From: Nitrosospira multiformis ATCC 25196
GTDB lineage: Bacteria > Pseudomonadota > Gammaproteobacteria > Burkholderiales > Nitrosomonadaceae
Length of the DNA stretch: 32,000 nucleotides
Direction: 5' to 3'
Assembly (NCBI RefSeq): GCF_000196355.1
Contig: NC_007614.1
Location: 1,830,001 to 1,862,000, forward strand
This document shows, one piece after another, positions 7,747 through 16,803 of the stretch. The translations under genes were made by a program, and so were the position numbers. How positions within the stretch are numbered: the stretch's first letter is position 1; each line of letters starts with the position of its first letter. Below the pieces are notes generated by a model, which had not been told where the DNA came from, ran no database searches, and worked only from the letters and a program-made list of their open reading frames with translations.

Positions 7747-8010
7747 TCGATCCTCCGAGTTTTGCTAATCGAACGAGGACGCGTATGGGCTTTCCAGACT
7801 GGAAGTGACTCGGAGGCAATCGAAGGCGCTGCGTGAGATAAAAGAGTCTGATGTGCAATCCATGCGCTCGATAGCGGCAGAAAATCTACCGGACTCGACA
7901 GAGAATCGCCAGAGACATGCTGCGCAGCTTGATAGACCGCATTAATTTGGATTCCTCCAGCCCTAGCCTGCTGTATTCATTACAAATCAAGCTAAAAACT
8001 GAGGATTTCG

Positions 8011-8086
8011 TGGCGTCCCCAGGGGGATTCGAACCCCCGTACTCACCGTGAAAGGGTGATGTCCTAGGCCTCTAGACGATGGGGAC
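8011..8086 (-). tRNA. tRNA-Glu (anticodon UUC)
   Basis: Reverse complement is GTCCCCATCGTCTAGAGGCCTAGGACATCACCCTTTCACGGTGAGTACGGGGGTTCGAATCCCCCTGGGGACGCCA. It folds as a cloverleaf with anticodon loop CTTTCAC and an encoded CCA. It is near-identical in pattern to E. coli tRNA-Glu. Confidence 0.95.
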
Positions 8087-8144
8087 CAGAGGACTTTGAA
8101 ATACTTAAAGCTGTTTACCGTCAGTTTGTGATATTGCCATAAAC

Positions 8145-8220
<76 letters not shown>

Positions 8221-8235
8221 GGCAAAAGAAGGCGA

Positions 8236-8264
8236 ATTATACTGACCGCTATTTTTCCCGTCAA
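8236..8264 (-). promoter_or_regulatory. Sigma70-type promoter for the tRNA-Ala/tRNA-Glu pair
   Basis: The minus strand reads TTGACG-(17 nt)-TATAAT, with the -10 hexamer ending 15 nt before the first tRNA-Ala nucleotide. Confidence 0.6.
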
Positions 8265-8483
8265 TGTACAGGTAGAAGTATATCATCCCCATCATCCTCT
8301 GGGAGCTCGCTCCGCGAACAATTGATCCTTTCCCCTTGCTTGTTCTGACCGCTCCTCATCCCGCTCGTCCCGTCTCTTCGCCCTTTCCACAGGCTTAGGG
8401 CCCATGCGCGTCGAAGGTGAGAGCGAAAAGGGGAACGGCGGCAGGATGGGGCGTGGAATATTCCCGGCATTTATTCCTGATTA

Positions 8484-9881
8484 TCAGCTCAAAAAGTACT
8501 CAAGCTGCCTGTCCATCCTCCGCAGCGTTTCCTCCCTCCCCAGCAGTTCCAGCACCGCATTGATCGCCGGAGTCTGGGCTTCTCCTGTAACCATAACGCG
8601 TAATGGCATTGCCACCTTCGGCATCTTCACGCCATGTGCCGTAGCGCTGGCCTTGATTGCGTCGTTGATGGCATGGCCTTCCCATTCGAGGGTGGCAAGT
8701 TTTGTCCGCAAATCGAGAATTGGGCCTTTAGCCTCAGCGGAGAAATACTGTGCTCTCAGTTCCTCGGCAGGTTCCAGCGGCCGGAAGAAATAAACGGCCG
8801 CATCTGCCAGTTCCGCAATGGTATTGACGCGCTCCTTGAGCAGATTCATAACCTTGCGCAAATCGGGGGTCCCTCCGCCCGTAACGTCACAGCCGTCCGC
8901 CGCGAGAAAAGGTTTTACCAATTCCGCCAGCCGCTCGTTGTCCGCCGTTTTCAGGTACTGCTGGTTGAGCCATTGCAATTTTTCCGGATTGAACTTCGCC
9001 GGTGAGCGATTGATATTGGATAAATCGAACCACTCCACCAACTGCTCCCGGCTGAATATTTCCTCATCACCATGCGACCAGCCCAGCCGGGCCAGATAAT
9101 TCACCAACGCCTCTGGCAGGTAACCATCTTCACGATATTGCATCACCGAGACCGCGCCATGCCGCTTCGATAAACGCTCGCCATCCGCACCGAGAATCAT
9201 CGGCACATGCGCATATTGCGGCAGAGGCGCGCCCAAGGCCTTCAATATATTGATCTGGCGCGGTGTGTTGTTCACGTGATCATCACCCCGAATCACATGC
9301 GTGATGTTCATATCGAGATCGTCAATCACCACGCCAAAGTTATAAGTCGGCACTCCATCCCCGCGCAACAGCACGAGATCATCCAGCTCACTGTTGGCAA
9401 CGGTGATTTCACCCTTAATCAGGTCCTTGAATGTTACCTCCCCATCCAGCGGATTTTTCAATCGCACGACCGGCTTCACACCGGCAGGAGGTTCCTCCCT
9501 GGAATCACGCCAGCGACCATCATAACGCGGCTTCAATCCCGCCGCGCGCTGCTGCTCCCGCATTGCATCCAGTTCTTCCCTGCTGCAATAGCAGTAATAG
9601 GCCTGCCCCCTGCGCAACAACTGCTCCGCTACTTCATGGTAGCGGGCCAGCCGCTGCATCTGGTAAAACGGCCCCTCGTCATAGTCCAGCCCCAGCCACG
9701 CCATACCGTCCAGAATCGCTTGGGTTGATTGAGCAGTGGAACGTTCCAGATCCGTATCTTCAATCCGAAGGACGAATTTACCGCCATGCTTGCGGGCATA
9801 AGCCCAGGAAAACAGCGCCGTGCGAGCGCCGCCAATATGAAGATAGCCCGTAGGACTGGGAGCGAAACGAGTGCGAATCAT
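8484..9881 (-). CDS. gltX: Glutamate--tRNA ligase
   Basis: 465 aa from ATG 9881: [48 protein letters not shown] (HIGH motif), then ...LSKRHGA (KMSKS-type motif). The 38-codon upstream extension in the ORF track has no support. Confidence 0.95.
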   Translation of the reverse strand: MIRTRFAPSPTGYLHIGGARTALFSWAYARKHGGKFVLRIEDTDLERSTAQSTQAILDGMAWLGLDYDEGPFYQMQRLARYHEVAEQLLRRGQAYYCYCSREELDAMREQQRAAGLKPRYDGRWRDSREEPPAGVKPVVRLKNPLDGEVTFKDLIKGEITVANSELDDLVLLRGDGVPTYNFGVVIDDLDMNITHVIRGDDHVNNTPRQINILKALGAPLPQYAHVPMILGADGERLSKRHGAVSVMQYREDGYLPEALVNYLARLGWSHGDEEIFSREQLVEWFDLSNINRSPAKFNPEKLQWLNQQYLKTADNERLAELVKPFLAADGCDVTGGGTPDLRKVMNLLKERVNTIAELADAAVYFFRPLEPAEELRAQYFSAEAKGPILDLRTKLATLEWEGHAINDAIKASATAHGVKMPKVAMPLRVMVTGEAQTPAINAVLELLGREETLRRMDRQLEYFLS

Positions 9882-10079
9882 GGGTGGGGCGCCGATTACA
9901 GGAATCAGCTCGACAGTTGTGGAAACCCGCCATTTTACAAGAATGTAAGTCAGGCGTGACTTAACATTCCTGCGGCCCGCATGCGCAACTTGCATAAGGG
10001 GATGCGTTGACCGGAATCGTCGATTTATGCTCTAATTGCGCCACCCTCAAGCGTTATCAATTCAGGATAACGTCACAAC

Positions 10080-10154
10080 GGGCGGTTAACTCAGCGGTAG
10101 AGTGCCACCTTCACACGGTGGAAGCCACTGGTTCGATCCCAGTACCGCCCACCA
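10080..10154 (+). tRNA. tRNA-Val (anticodon CAC)
   Basis: GGGCGGTTAACTCAGCGGTAGAGTGCCACCTTCACACGGTGGAAGCCACTGGTTCGATCCCAGTACCGCCCACCA. Acceptor stem GGGCGGT/ACCGCCC, anticodon stem CCACC/GGTGG with loop TTCACAC, T-arm ACTGG-TTCGATC-CCAGT, and an encoded CCA. A 7-bp inverted repeat (CGTTATC...GATAACG, 10052-10072) lies just upstream. Confidence 0.9.
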
Positions 10155-10419
10155 AAAGATAATCCAGCAAGCTGAAGACACCCAGGAATTTTGGCGGATA
10201 TGAACCAGGTGCGCCCGTCTTCCTCGCCAAACTTCCGTCTAATTTTGCAATTGCTCGATAGGTATCAGCATCGCCTCAATGGACGAAACCTTAATGGGAA
10301 TGAGCGACAATCAAAACCAGGGTACGCTTGCCGTCTTCAGCAAATCCAGTAGATCCGGCAACCCTCCTTGAAAAACCGGTTTCCGCCACAAAAGGGTTAA
10401 CGAATAATAGCGCGAGCGT

Positions 10420-12486
10420 CTAAACCGGATTCCTAGTTTTTACCCAAGCCTCAAAATCATCTGGCCTCATGGGCCTTGCATACAGATAGCCTTGGCTTTC
10501 ATCGCATTGAACGCTTCGCAAATACTCCGCTTGCCCTTCCGTCTCCACACCTTCAACTATCACGCGTAAACCAAGGCTGCGCCCCATTCCCACAATGGCG
10601 CGAATAATAGCTTTGGCATCAGTGTCCTGGGGGAGATCACGAACGAAGCTTCGATCTATTTTTAGCCGGTCAATGGCAAATTGCCGCAAATAGGACAAAC
10701 TGGAATAGCCGGTACCGAAATCGTCAATAGCCAGTTTTATACCCCGGGACTCCAGGAAGCACATTTTCTGTGTAGCCGATTCCACTCCATGCATCACCAC
10801 ACTTTCGGTCAACTCGAGTTCCAGGCATTCTGGCGAAAGACCGCTGTCTGCAAGTGCGCGCAGTACAACATCCGTGAAATCATTCTGACGGAATTGTACT
10901 GCTGAAACGTTTACCGCGATTGTTCCCTCGAATCCCTGCTGCTCATGCCATTGGCGTGCCTGCAGGCAGGATTCCCTCAGGATGTGCTCCCCCAGAGACA
11001 GAATCAAACCGCTGTCCTCGGCTACGGGAATAAAGCTTGCAGGGGAGACTAGCCCTCGCTCGGGGTGCTTCCAGCGCATGAGCGCCTCCACGCCTACCAC
11101 GCGTCCGGTAGCAAGCTCCAGCTGTGGCTGGTAGACCGGGAAAATTTCGTCACGCGCAAGAGCGCTGCGCAGGTCGTATTCCAGCCTGAGCCGCTCGTCT
11201 GCGCCGGAAGTCAAATCTTCAGAATAGAACTGGTAGCGGTTCCTGCCCTGCCCCTTGGCCGAATACATCGAAACGTCGGCATTGCGCATCAAGCTGTTGA
11301 CGTCCTTACCGCTATCCGGATAAATGCTGATCCCGACGCTTGCGGTCAGCAAGAGTTCATGCTGTTCTATTTGATAGGGCTGAGACAAGACTGCAATAAG
11401 CTTCTCGGCAACTCGCGCCGCCTCCGTCGCTGTATGAATCCGGCCCAGCAGGACAACGAACTCATCCCCCCCCAGCCGACTGACTGTATCCGCCTGGCGA
11501 ACCGTGGACTGCATGCGCTCTGCAACTGCCCTGAGCAGCTTGTCGCCGATTGCATGACCAAGCGAATCGTTGATCAGCTTGAAGCGATCGAGGTCCACGA
11601 ATAGTAATGCCAGCCGGAAGGCATAGCGGCTGGCGTTCTCGATCGCGATCCTCATGCGGTCGGTGAACAGCGCGCGGTTGGGCAGCCCGGTCAGCAAATC
11701 GTAATGGGCGAGATACTCGATACGTTTTAGCGATTCCTTGCGCTGAGTGATATCGTGCGCTATCTTGTATGCACCGACAATGTGGCCTGCGTTATCCTTC
11801 ACCGGGGATATCGTGACGGAGACATCAATCGGTTTCTTGCCCTTCCCCCATCGCACGGTTTCCAGATGATTTGTTTGTTTTCCGCTCTTGACGAGGTTCA
11901 TGATTCTGTCCTCTTCCTCCAGGCGATCGGGTGGAATTAGTCGGGAGATCGGACTACCTATGATTTCGCTCGCACGGTAACCAAAAATCCGTTCCGCACC
12001 GGTGTTCCACCCGCTAATGATGCCATTGAGATCCTTGATAATGAGCGCATCGTTCGAGGAGTCGAGGATTGCCGCTAACTGCGCTTTGTAGCTCTCCCCC
12101 TGTCTTCGTTCAGTAATATCCCTGAAGCTCCAAACGCGAACCATGTTTGACCCTTCAAGGGTTTTGGTTTTTGTATACCGCTCAAATACCCGCCCATCAC
12201 AAAATTCGAAGATATCAAAGCTTTCCGGTGTCCAAGTGCCATAAATTTCTTCGGTCGAGTGCAGGAATTGCTCGGGATCTCTTAATTGCCCGGCGCAATA
12301 GTCGAGGATTGCCTGGTGTCTCGCATGAGCCAGGAGTTCACCTGGAATGTGCCACATATTCACGTAAAGCTGGTTGTAGCAAAGCACCTTGCCCAGCTTG
12401 TCCGCCACAAGGAGGCCGTCAGCCGTCGCCTTTAAGACTGTCTCCAGCAAGGAGAGTGATTGGCTCAGTTCCAGCGTTTCTTTCAT
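10420..12486 (-). CDS. PAS-PAS-GGDEF-EAL c-di-GMP turnover protein (diguanylate cyclase/phosphodiesterase)
   Basis: 688 aa. Two PAS-like segments (...LLVADKLGKVLCYN..., ...ALIIKDLNGIISGWNTGAERIFGY...). GGDEF domain with an intact RLGGDEF and an I-site RQAD five residues upstream. EAL domain with EALMRW, DDFGTGYSSL, LKIDRSF and EGVET. Confidence 0.95.
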   Translation of the reverse strand: MKETLELSQSLSLLETVLKATADGLLVADKLGKVLCYNQLYVNMWHIPGELLAHARHQAILDYCAGQLRDPEQFLHSTEEIYGTWTPESFDIFEFCDGRVFERYTKTKTLEGSNMVRVWSFRDITERRQGESYKAQLAAILDSSNDALIIKDLNGIISGWNTGAERIFGYRASEIIGSPISRLIPPDRLEEEDRIMNLVKSGKQTNHLETVRWGKGKKPIDVSVTISPVKDNAGHIVGAYKIAHDITQRKESLKRIEYLAHYDLLTGLPNRALFTDRMRIAIENASRYAFRLALLFVDLDRFKLINDSLGHAIGDKLLRAVAERMQSTVRQADTVSRLGGDEFVVLLGRIHTATEAARVAEKLIAVLSQPYQIEQHELLLTASVGISIYPDSGKDVNSLMRNADVSMYSAKGQGRNRYQFYSEDLTSGADERLRLEYDLRSALARDEIFPVYQPQLELATGRVVGVEALMRWKHPERGLVSPASFIPVAEDSGLILSLGEHILRESCLQARQWHEQQGFEGTIAVNVSAVQFRQNDFTDVVLRALADSGLSPECLELELTESVVMHGVESATQKMCFLESRGIKLAIDDFGTGYSSLSYLRQFAIDRLKIDRSFVRDLPQDTDAKAIIRAIVGMGRSLGLRVIVEGVETEGQAEYLRSVQCDESQGYLYARPMRPDDFEAWVKTRNPV

Positions 12487-13071
12487 GCTTTTCCGCCTCT
12501 TTTATGCCCGATTTTCCTTTCTTTTCTTGATTGGAACGAATAAATCCGCGTGCTTCCAGAAATGCTCTGCAGATTAACTGGATCCATTCAAAAGCGAAAA
12601 ACTTACTTCTCAATCAGTGGGCCAATGGTGCTGCTGAGGATTGCGTCCTTCTGAAACTTCAGATCAGAAAATCGAGTGAAAGACTAGCGTAAAGAATGCG
12701 CTACAGCGGCCTGGAGTAAACCTGGAAATAGGTTATTTCTCTATGCCTGGTGAATACGGTGATCTTCGTAGGGAGCCTGCAACAGGATCTTGAAAACCTG
12801 CCGCTACCTTTACAATATTAGGCCTGAAAGTGATGCTTTAACTACCTGTAAAATATTACAGGTAAGAACTGCAGTGCCTGTAATCTATACTGGATGATTG
12901 AAAAGGGGTTGCCCGGGACGCTCTCCAGGTGGTTGTGCTTCTCGGAAGCATCGATTCCGGCTAAGCGAATCTTGTGCTACCGCTTCGATCTGCTGACGAC
13001 CATCAAAAGTACCGCCCCCATCCTTTGCAGGAAGATTCCGGAAAAATTGCTCGTGATCCCCGCCTTTTCGA

Positions 13072-13281
13072 TCATCCACAATTACTGTGGATAAGTTTGT
13101 TGATAAGCTATGTAAACGATGAGTAAGTTATCTTTCTGTAACATCTTTTCTTAGCAGACTATTTTTTGAACCCTTTTTAAAAATATTTATTATCAAATAC
13201 TTGAATAAAAATCAAGACCTGGGGTTTTTTCATGGTTAGTGCTGGAATTGCATATGTGTCCCAGGTCAAAAATGTGGATTA
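13072..13281. promoter_or_regulatory. DnaA-box cluster flanking an AT-rich tract (candidate DnaA-binding element)
   Basis: TCATCCACA at 13072-13080 (8/9 to TTATCCACA). On the opposite orientation: TGTGGATAA at 13086-13094 (9/9), TGTTGATAA at 13098-13106 (8/9) and TGTGGATTA at 13273-13281 (8/9). A markedly AT-rich stretch spans about 13110-13250 and includes an IHF-consensus-like TATCAAATACTTG at 13191-13203. Confidence 0.45.
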
Positions 13282-13678
13282 TTTCGAAATGTCAAGCAAA
13301 ACGCGAGCGTTGATTTATAAAACCTCCTGGCTTTAGGTTCGATTCCCAGCCTCCTTCTTCCACTTACCCTGGGCGGATGCAAGTTCATATGCTTCCAATA
13401 TCCGGAATTTTTTGTTAAGAAAAAGTTATTTTGCTACTCTACTTTGTTTTGGCGCCGTTATTCCGAGGATAGTCATCACTCACCCCTTGGACTTGTCGCG
13501 CGCCTGCCTTTGATCCCTCATCGCGCCATGCATATATGACAGGAAAAACTCCGGGATGCGAAAGCGATGTTGCAGTGACAGGACTTAAGGTGAAGAGTGA
13601 TATTTCCGCTTGCACCAGTTGTGATTGGAGCAGCACGGCGAAATCCGAATAGGAATGAGCAGGACCTGGATAGATATC

Positions 13679-14431
13679 ATGGCAGACAGCAAACCCGACC
13701 TTCCTGATAACAACAAGAAATATCGCATTTCGTCGAAAAGCGGCATTCTCTCCGTGCTGCGAGTGATGATAAGGAATAATTCGCAAGCCACCTGTTATTT
13801 TGGTGATGCCGGCAGCTTTTTCCCGACCGCTCTTTTGAATCTCGACAGCCAGCGGGGGGAAATGGTGCTCGATTATGGTCCGAATGAGGAAATCAACCAG
13901 CAGGCATTGCAAGTTGAAAAATGGAATGTTGTTGCATTTCCCAACCAGGTGAAGGTTCAATTTTCCTGCCAGCAAATCGGGAAAACAGAGTTCGAGGGGC
14001 GCAATGCCTTCCTTGCACAGATCCCCACAAGTCTGTTGCGTATGCAAAAGCGGGAGTACTATCGCGTTGCCACACCTACGACTGCTCCCGTAAAATGTGT
14101 GATTCCCCTACTTCTGGGAAAATCGCCTTCCACCGTGGAAGTACTCCTGCAGGACCTCAGCTGCGGTGGGATGGCTGTTATCGACTCGAACGGTAGAAGC
14201 AATTTCGAGGAAGGAAGCGTTTACGAAAATTGCTGCATTGTATTACCCGATATCGGTACGGTTAATGTATCCATGCGGATAATCCGCGTGGAACCGGCCG
14301 ATACCGGATTCGTACATGATCTCCAATCCCAGCGCGTCAGTTGCGAGTTTGCCGATGCAGGCGAAAATGCGCTGTCTCTGATCCAGCGTTACATAACCAG
14401 ACTGGAGCTGGAGCAGAAGCGGGCATCATAG
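13679..14431 (+). CDS. ycgR: YcgR-like flagellar brake / PilZ-domain c-di-GMP receptor
   Basis: 250 aa from ATG 13679. The ORF-track start at 13625 is TTG, and another ATG lies at 13655. N-terminal PilZN-like region (ISSKSGILSVLRVMIRNN...), then PilZ motifs RxxxR (QKREYYRV) and DxSxxG (LQDLSCGGMAV). Confidence 0.85.
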   Translation: MADSKPDLPDNNKKYRISSKSGILSVLRVMIRNNSQATCYFGDAGSFFPTALLNLDSQRGEMVLDYGPNEEINQQALQVEKWNVVAFPNQVKVQFSCQQIGKTEFEGRNAFLAQIPTSLLRMQKREYYRVATPTTAPVKCVIPLLLGKSPSTVEVLLQDLSCGGMAVIDSNGRSNFEEGSVYENCCIVLPDIGTVNVSMRIIRVEPADTGFVHDLQSQRVSCEFADAGENALSLIQRYITRLELEQKRAS

Positions 14432-14448
14432 GGCATTCCATCGTCCGC

Positions 14449-14469
14449 ATCCCCGGACTCCCCGGGGAT
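14449..14469 (+). terminator. GC-rich hairpin downstream of the ycgR-like gene (possible terminator, no clear U-tract)
   Basis: ATCCCCGG-ACTCC-CCGGGGAT is an 8-bp perfect stem, 18 nt after the stop codon. Confidence 0.4.
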
Positions 14470-14591
14470 TCGTGAAAACCTACTTTAAGCAGTTCGGCAA
14501 CCGACGTTCTGAGTATAGACATTTGCAATCGCTCCCAGCAGTCGTACCCGTTTCCCCTGTTACGGGCCCCTCCCGGGATTCCAGAAAAAAG

Positions 14592-14619
14592 TTGCATAAG
14601 TTGGCGCCTAAATTATAAT
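14592..14619 (+). promoter_or_regulatory. Sigma70-like promoter candidate for the multicopper oxidase operon
   Basis: TTGCAT (14592-14597) - 16 nt - TATAAT (14614-14619), about 120 nt upstream of ATG 14740. Confidence 0.45.
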
Positions 14620-14739
14620 GCGACTCATTCCTGTTATTACAACAATAAATACTGCATAACTCCCGATATCTCCGAAGCTGGCACGTGCAAATCGAGAAGA
14701 ATAGGAGCTTTGCTGGATGTGGATCAGAAGGAGCTCCTA

Positions 14740-16803
14740 ATGGTTTCGCGGCGCGGATTCCTTAAATATACTGCCGGGGGCTTGCTAACCCTTTTTGGAT
14801 CTGATCGGCTTAACGGCCTCTCCAGAGCGATTGCCGCGATTCCCGGCGGGTCACTCAACCCGGAACTTGTCGATAAATTCCGGACACCACTATTCATTCC
14901 ACCGGCGATGCCTGCCGCTGGAAAGAAAGTCATTGGGGATGGACGCCGTGTGGATTACTACGAAATTTCGGTAAAACAGTTTTCACAGCAGATATTGCCT
15001 CGCGGGTTTCCTCCGACAACCGTATGGGGATACGGCCCCGCCTTTCCTGAAAAGCGGCGATCTTTTGCTCATCGCGCCCCAGGTTTTACCATTGAGGCAA
15101 AATGGCAGGAACCAGTGATTGTAAAATGGATCAACGGCCTCAAGGATGCCACTACCGCAGGCTTCCTCCCGCCCTTGCTGCCGGTCGATCCCACCCTGCA
15201 TTGGGCAAACCCGCCAGGCGGCATAGCTCATCGCGACATGAGTCCCTCTTTCAGGGCGACCCCCGCCGCCTATCGCGGCCCTGTCCCGATTGTCACCCAT
15301 CTGCATGGCGCGATCGGGGTTGCCGGTCATAGCGACGGCCACCCTGAAGCGTGGTACCTGCCGGCGGCGGCAGGCATTCCTTCGGAATATGCCGCGTTTG
15401 GAACCTGGTATCAATTCTTCAATCGCGAGGCGAGCCTCGACGTGGGAGCGTGGGAGCCGGGCAGCGCTACGTTCACTTATCCCAACATGCAGACTTCGAT
15501 GCTCTGGTACCACGATCATGCGTTGGGGATGACGCGTACGAACGTCTATGCCGGCCTGGCGGGCATTTATATGATCCGCGGGGGCCCTGAAGGAGACGGT
15601 GCGATAAGGGATGCCCGAAGCGGCATGCGAGGCGTCCTGCCTCGCTCCACTTCCACGCATGGCCCGATGCATCTTCCGCAGCACAGGAATATCCGTGAAA
15701 TTCCCCTCATGATACAGGACCGGTCATTCAATATCGACGGCTCTCTCTTCTATCCTCATTCGAGGGCCTTTTTTGACGGGATCCCGGGGCCATTCATTCC
15801 TGACACCGATATTCCGCCCATCTGGAACCCGGAGTTTTTCGCCAATATGATGGTGGTAAACGGAAATACATGGCCCTTCCAGACAGTTGAGCAGGCCCGT
15901 TACCGGTATCGGCTGTTGAACGCCTGCAACTCGCGTTTTCTCATTCTCGACTTTAACAGCATTCCCGGTATCGAGGTCTGGATGATAGGTGGCGACAGCG
16001 GTTTTCTTCCGGCGCCGGCAAACATGACAGCAGTGAATGCAAACCGCATTCTCCTGGGGCCTTCCGAGCGGGCGGATGTGATCGTCGATTTCACTCGGGT
16101 GCCCATCGGACGACATGTACTGAAAAATATCGGTCCGGATGAACCCTTTGGGGGAGGAGTGCCGGGCACCGATTTTCAAATGGCGGACCCTCGCTCTAGC
16201 GGGCTGATCATGCAGTTTCACGTGACTCTCGCTCAAGAGGAGGACCGTTCGACGCCGCCGCAATACCTGCTGCTTCCGAATACTCCTCCCCTCCCGCGAG
16301 AGACATTTATCCGTCGCCTGGCGCTGCTGGAAAAGGAATCCTCAAGCTTCGACGAATCCCCCGCCGCCGCCTTTTTAGGTATCGTTCTGGGCGACCCGGG
16401 AGCGGGTCCGGCGGCCTGCATCGCCCGTGGATGGAAGGATCCCGTTACTCAGAACCCGGCAGTGGGGACAACGGAAATCTGGGAGTTCTACAATATGACG
16501 GAAGATGCGCATCCCATGCATGTCCACGCCGTATCCTTCGAATTGGTCAACAGACAGGCCATACTTGTAAATGAAGAAAGCGGGACAGTCCAGCTGGAAG
16601 CGGGATCGTCTCCTGTATCCCCCGAACCTTGGGAGTTGGGGCGCAAGGATACGGTTATTGCCTACCCCAGCCAAGTTACGCGCGTGCGCATGACCTTCAT
16701 CAGAGAAGGACAATACGTCTGGCATTGCCACATCCTCGAACACGAAGACAATCAAATGATGCTACCGTATCGCATCGGTCAGGCGAAACAACGAATACCG
16801 TAG
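14740..16803 (+). CDS. Tat-exported multicopper oxidase (CotA/bilirubin-oxidase-like, three cupredoxin domains)
   Basis: 687 aa from ATG 14740, with RBS GAAGGAG; the ORF-track start at 14710 is TTG. Twin-arginine leader MVSRRGFLKYTAGGLL. All four copper motifs are present: THLHG, WYHDH, HPMHVH and HCHILEHEDNQMM. Confidence 0.9.
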   Translation: MVSRRGFLKYTAGGLLTLFGSDRLNGLSRAIAAIPGGSLNPELVDKFRTPLFIPPAMPAAGKKVIGDGRRVDYYEISVKQFSQQILPRGFPPTTVWGYGPAFPEKRRSFAHRAPGFTIEAKWQEPVIVKWINGLKDATTAGFLPPLLPVDPTLHWANPPGGIAHRDMSPSFRATPAAYRGPVPIVTHLHGAIGVAGHSDGHPEAWYLPAAAGIPSEYAAFGTWYQFFNREASLDVGAWEPGSATFTYPNMQTSMLWYHDHALGMTRTNVYAGLAGIYMIRGGPEGDGAIRDARSGMRGVLPRSTSTHGPMHLPQHRNIREIPLMIQDRSFNIDGSLFYPHSRAFFDGIPGPFIPDTDIPPIWNPEFFANMMVVNGNTWPFQTVEQARYRYRLLNACNSRFLILDFNSIPGIEVWMIGGDSGFLPAPANMTAVNANRILLGPSERADVIVDFTRVPIGRHVLKNIGPDEPFGGGVPGTDFQMADPRSSGLIMQFHVTLAQEEDRSTPPQYLLLPNTPPLPRETFIRRLALLEKESSSFDESPAAAFLGIVLGDPGAGPAACIARGWKDPVTQNPAVGTTEIWEFYNMTEDAHPMHVHAVSFELVNRQAILVNEESGTVQLEAGSSPVSPEPWELGRKDTVIAYPSQVTRVRMTFIREGQYVWHCHILEHEDNQMMLPYRIGQAKQRIP

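Noticed and set aside
9882-9995. Upstream extension of gltX ([15 protein letters not shown]...)
   Set aside because: GluRS homologs begin at the [12 protein letters not shown] motif, and the extension has no conserved character.
10007-10036. tRNA-Val promoter TTGACC-18-TCTAAT
   Set aside because: The spacing and -10 hexamer are suboptimal, and the -10 lies 44 nt before the mature 5' end. It is plausible, but I cannot distinguish it from chance.
12885-13094. 64-aa (-) and 66-aa (+) ORFs in the long spacer
   Set aside because: They are mutually antisense, have no RBS and give implausible sequences (GGGTFDGRQQ..., CFSEASIPAKRILCYRF...). They may be a relic of an old gene, but neither is supportable as a CDS.
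13334-13362. A functional tRNA or (permuted) tmRNA gene in the spacer
   Set aside because: Only a T-arm-like segment and a partial acceptor 3' strand are present. There is no complementary 5' acceptor strand, no CCA in the right place, and no tag-peptide reading frame nearby. It is reported only as a possible att-site scar.
13439-14047. 202-aa minus ORF
   Set aside because: It overlaps the ycgR-like gene, which has clear PilZ motifs, and extends into AT-rich spacer DNA. It has no recognisable features.
14679-14694. Sigma54-type promoter upstream of the multicopper oxidase (TGGCACG at 14679-14685)
   Set aside because: The -24 element is perfect, but the -12 position reads AATC instead of TTGC, so the conserved GC dinucleotide is missing. 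No enhancer-binding-protein gene lies nearby. I keep it only as a remote possibility.
14983-16263. Minus-strand ORFs 14983..15684 (233 aa) and 15724..16263 (179 aa), plus several shorter ones inside the MCO gene
   Set aside because: They are antisense to a gene with four intact copper-binding motifs and have Arg-rich off-frame composition.
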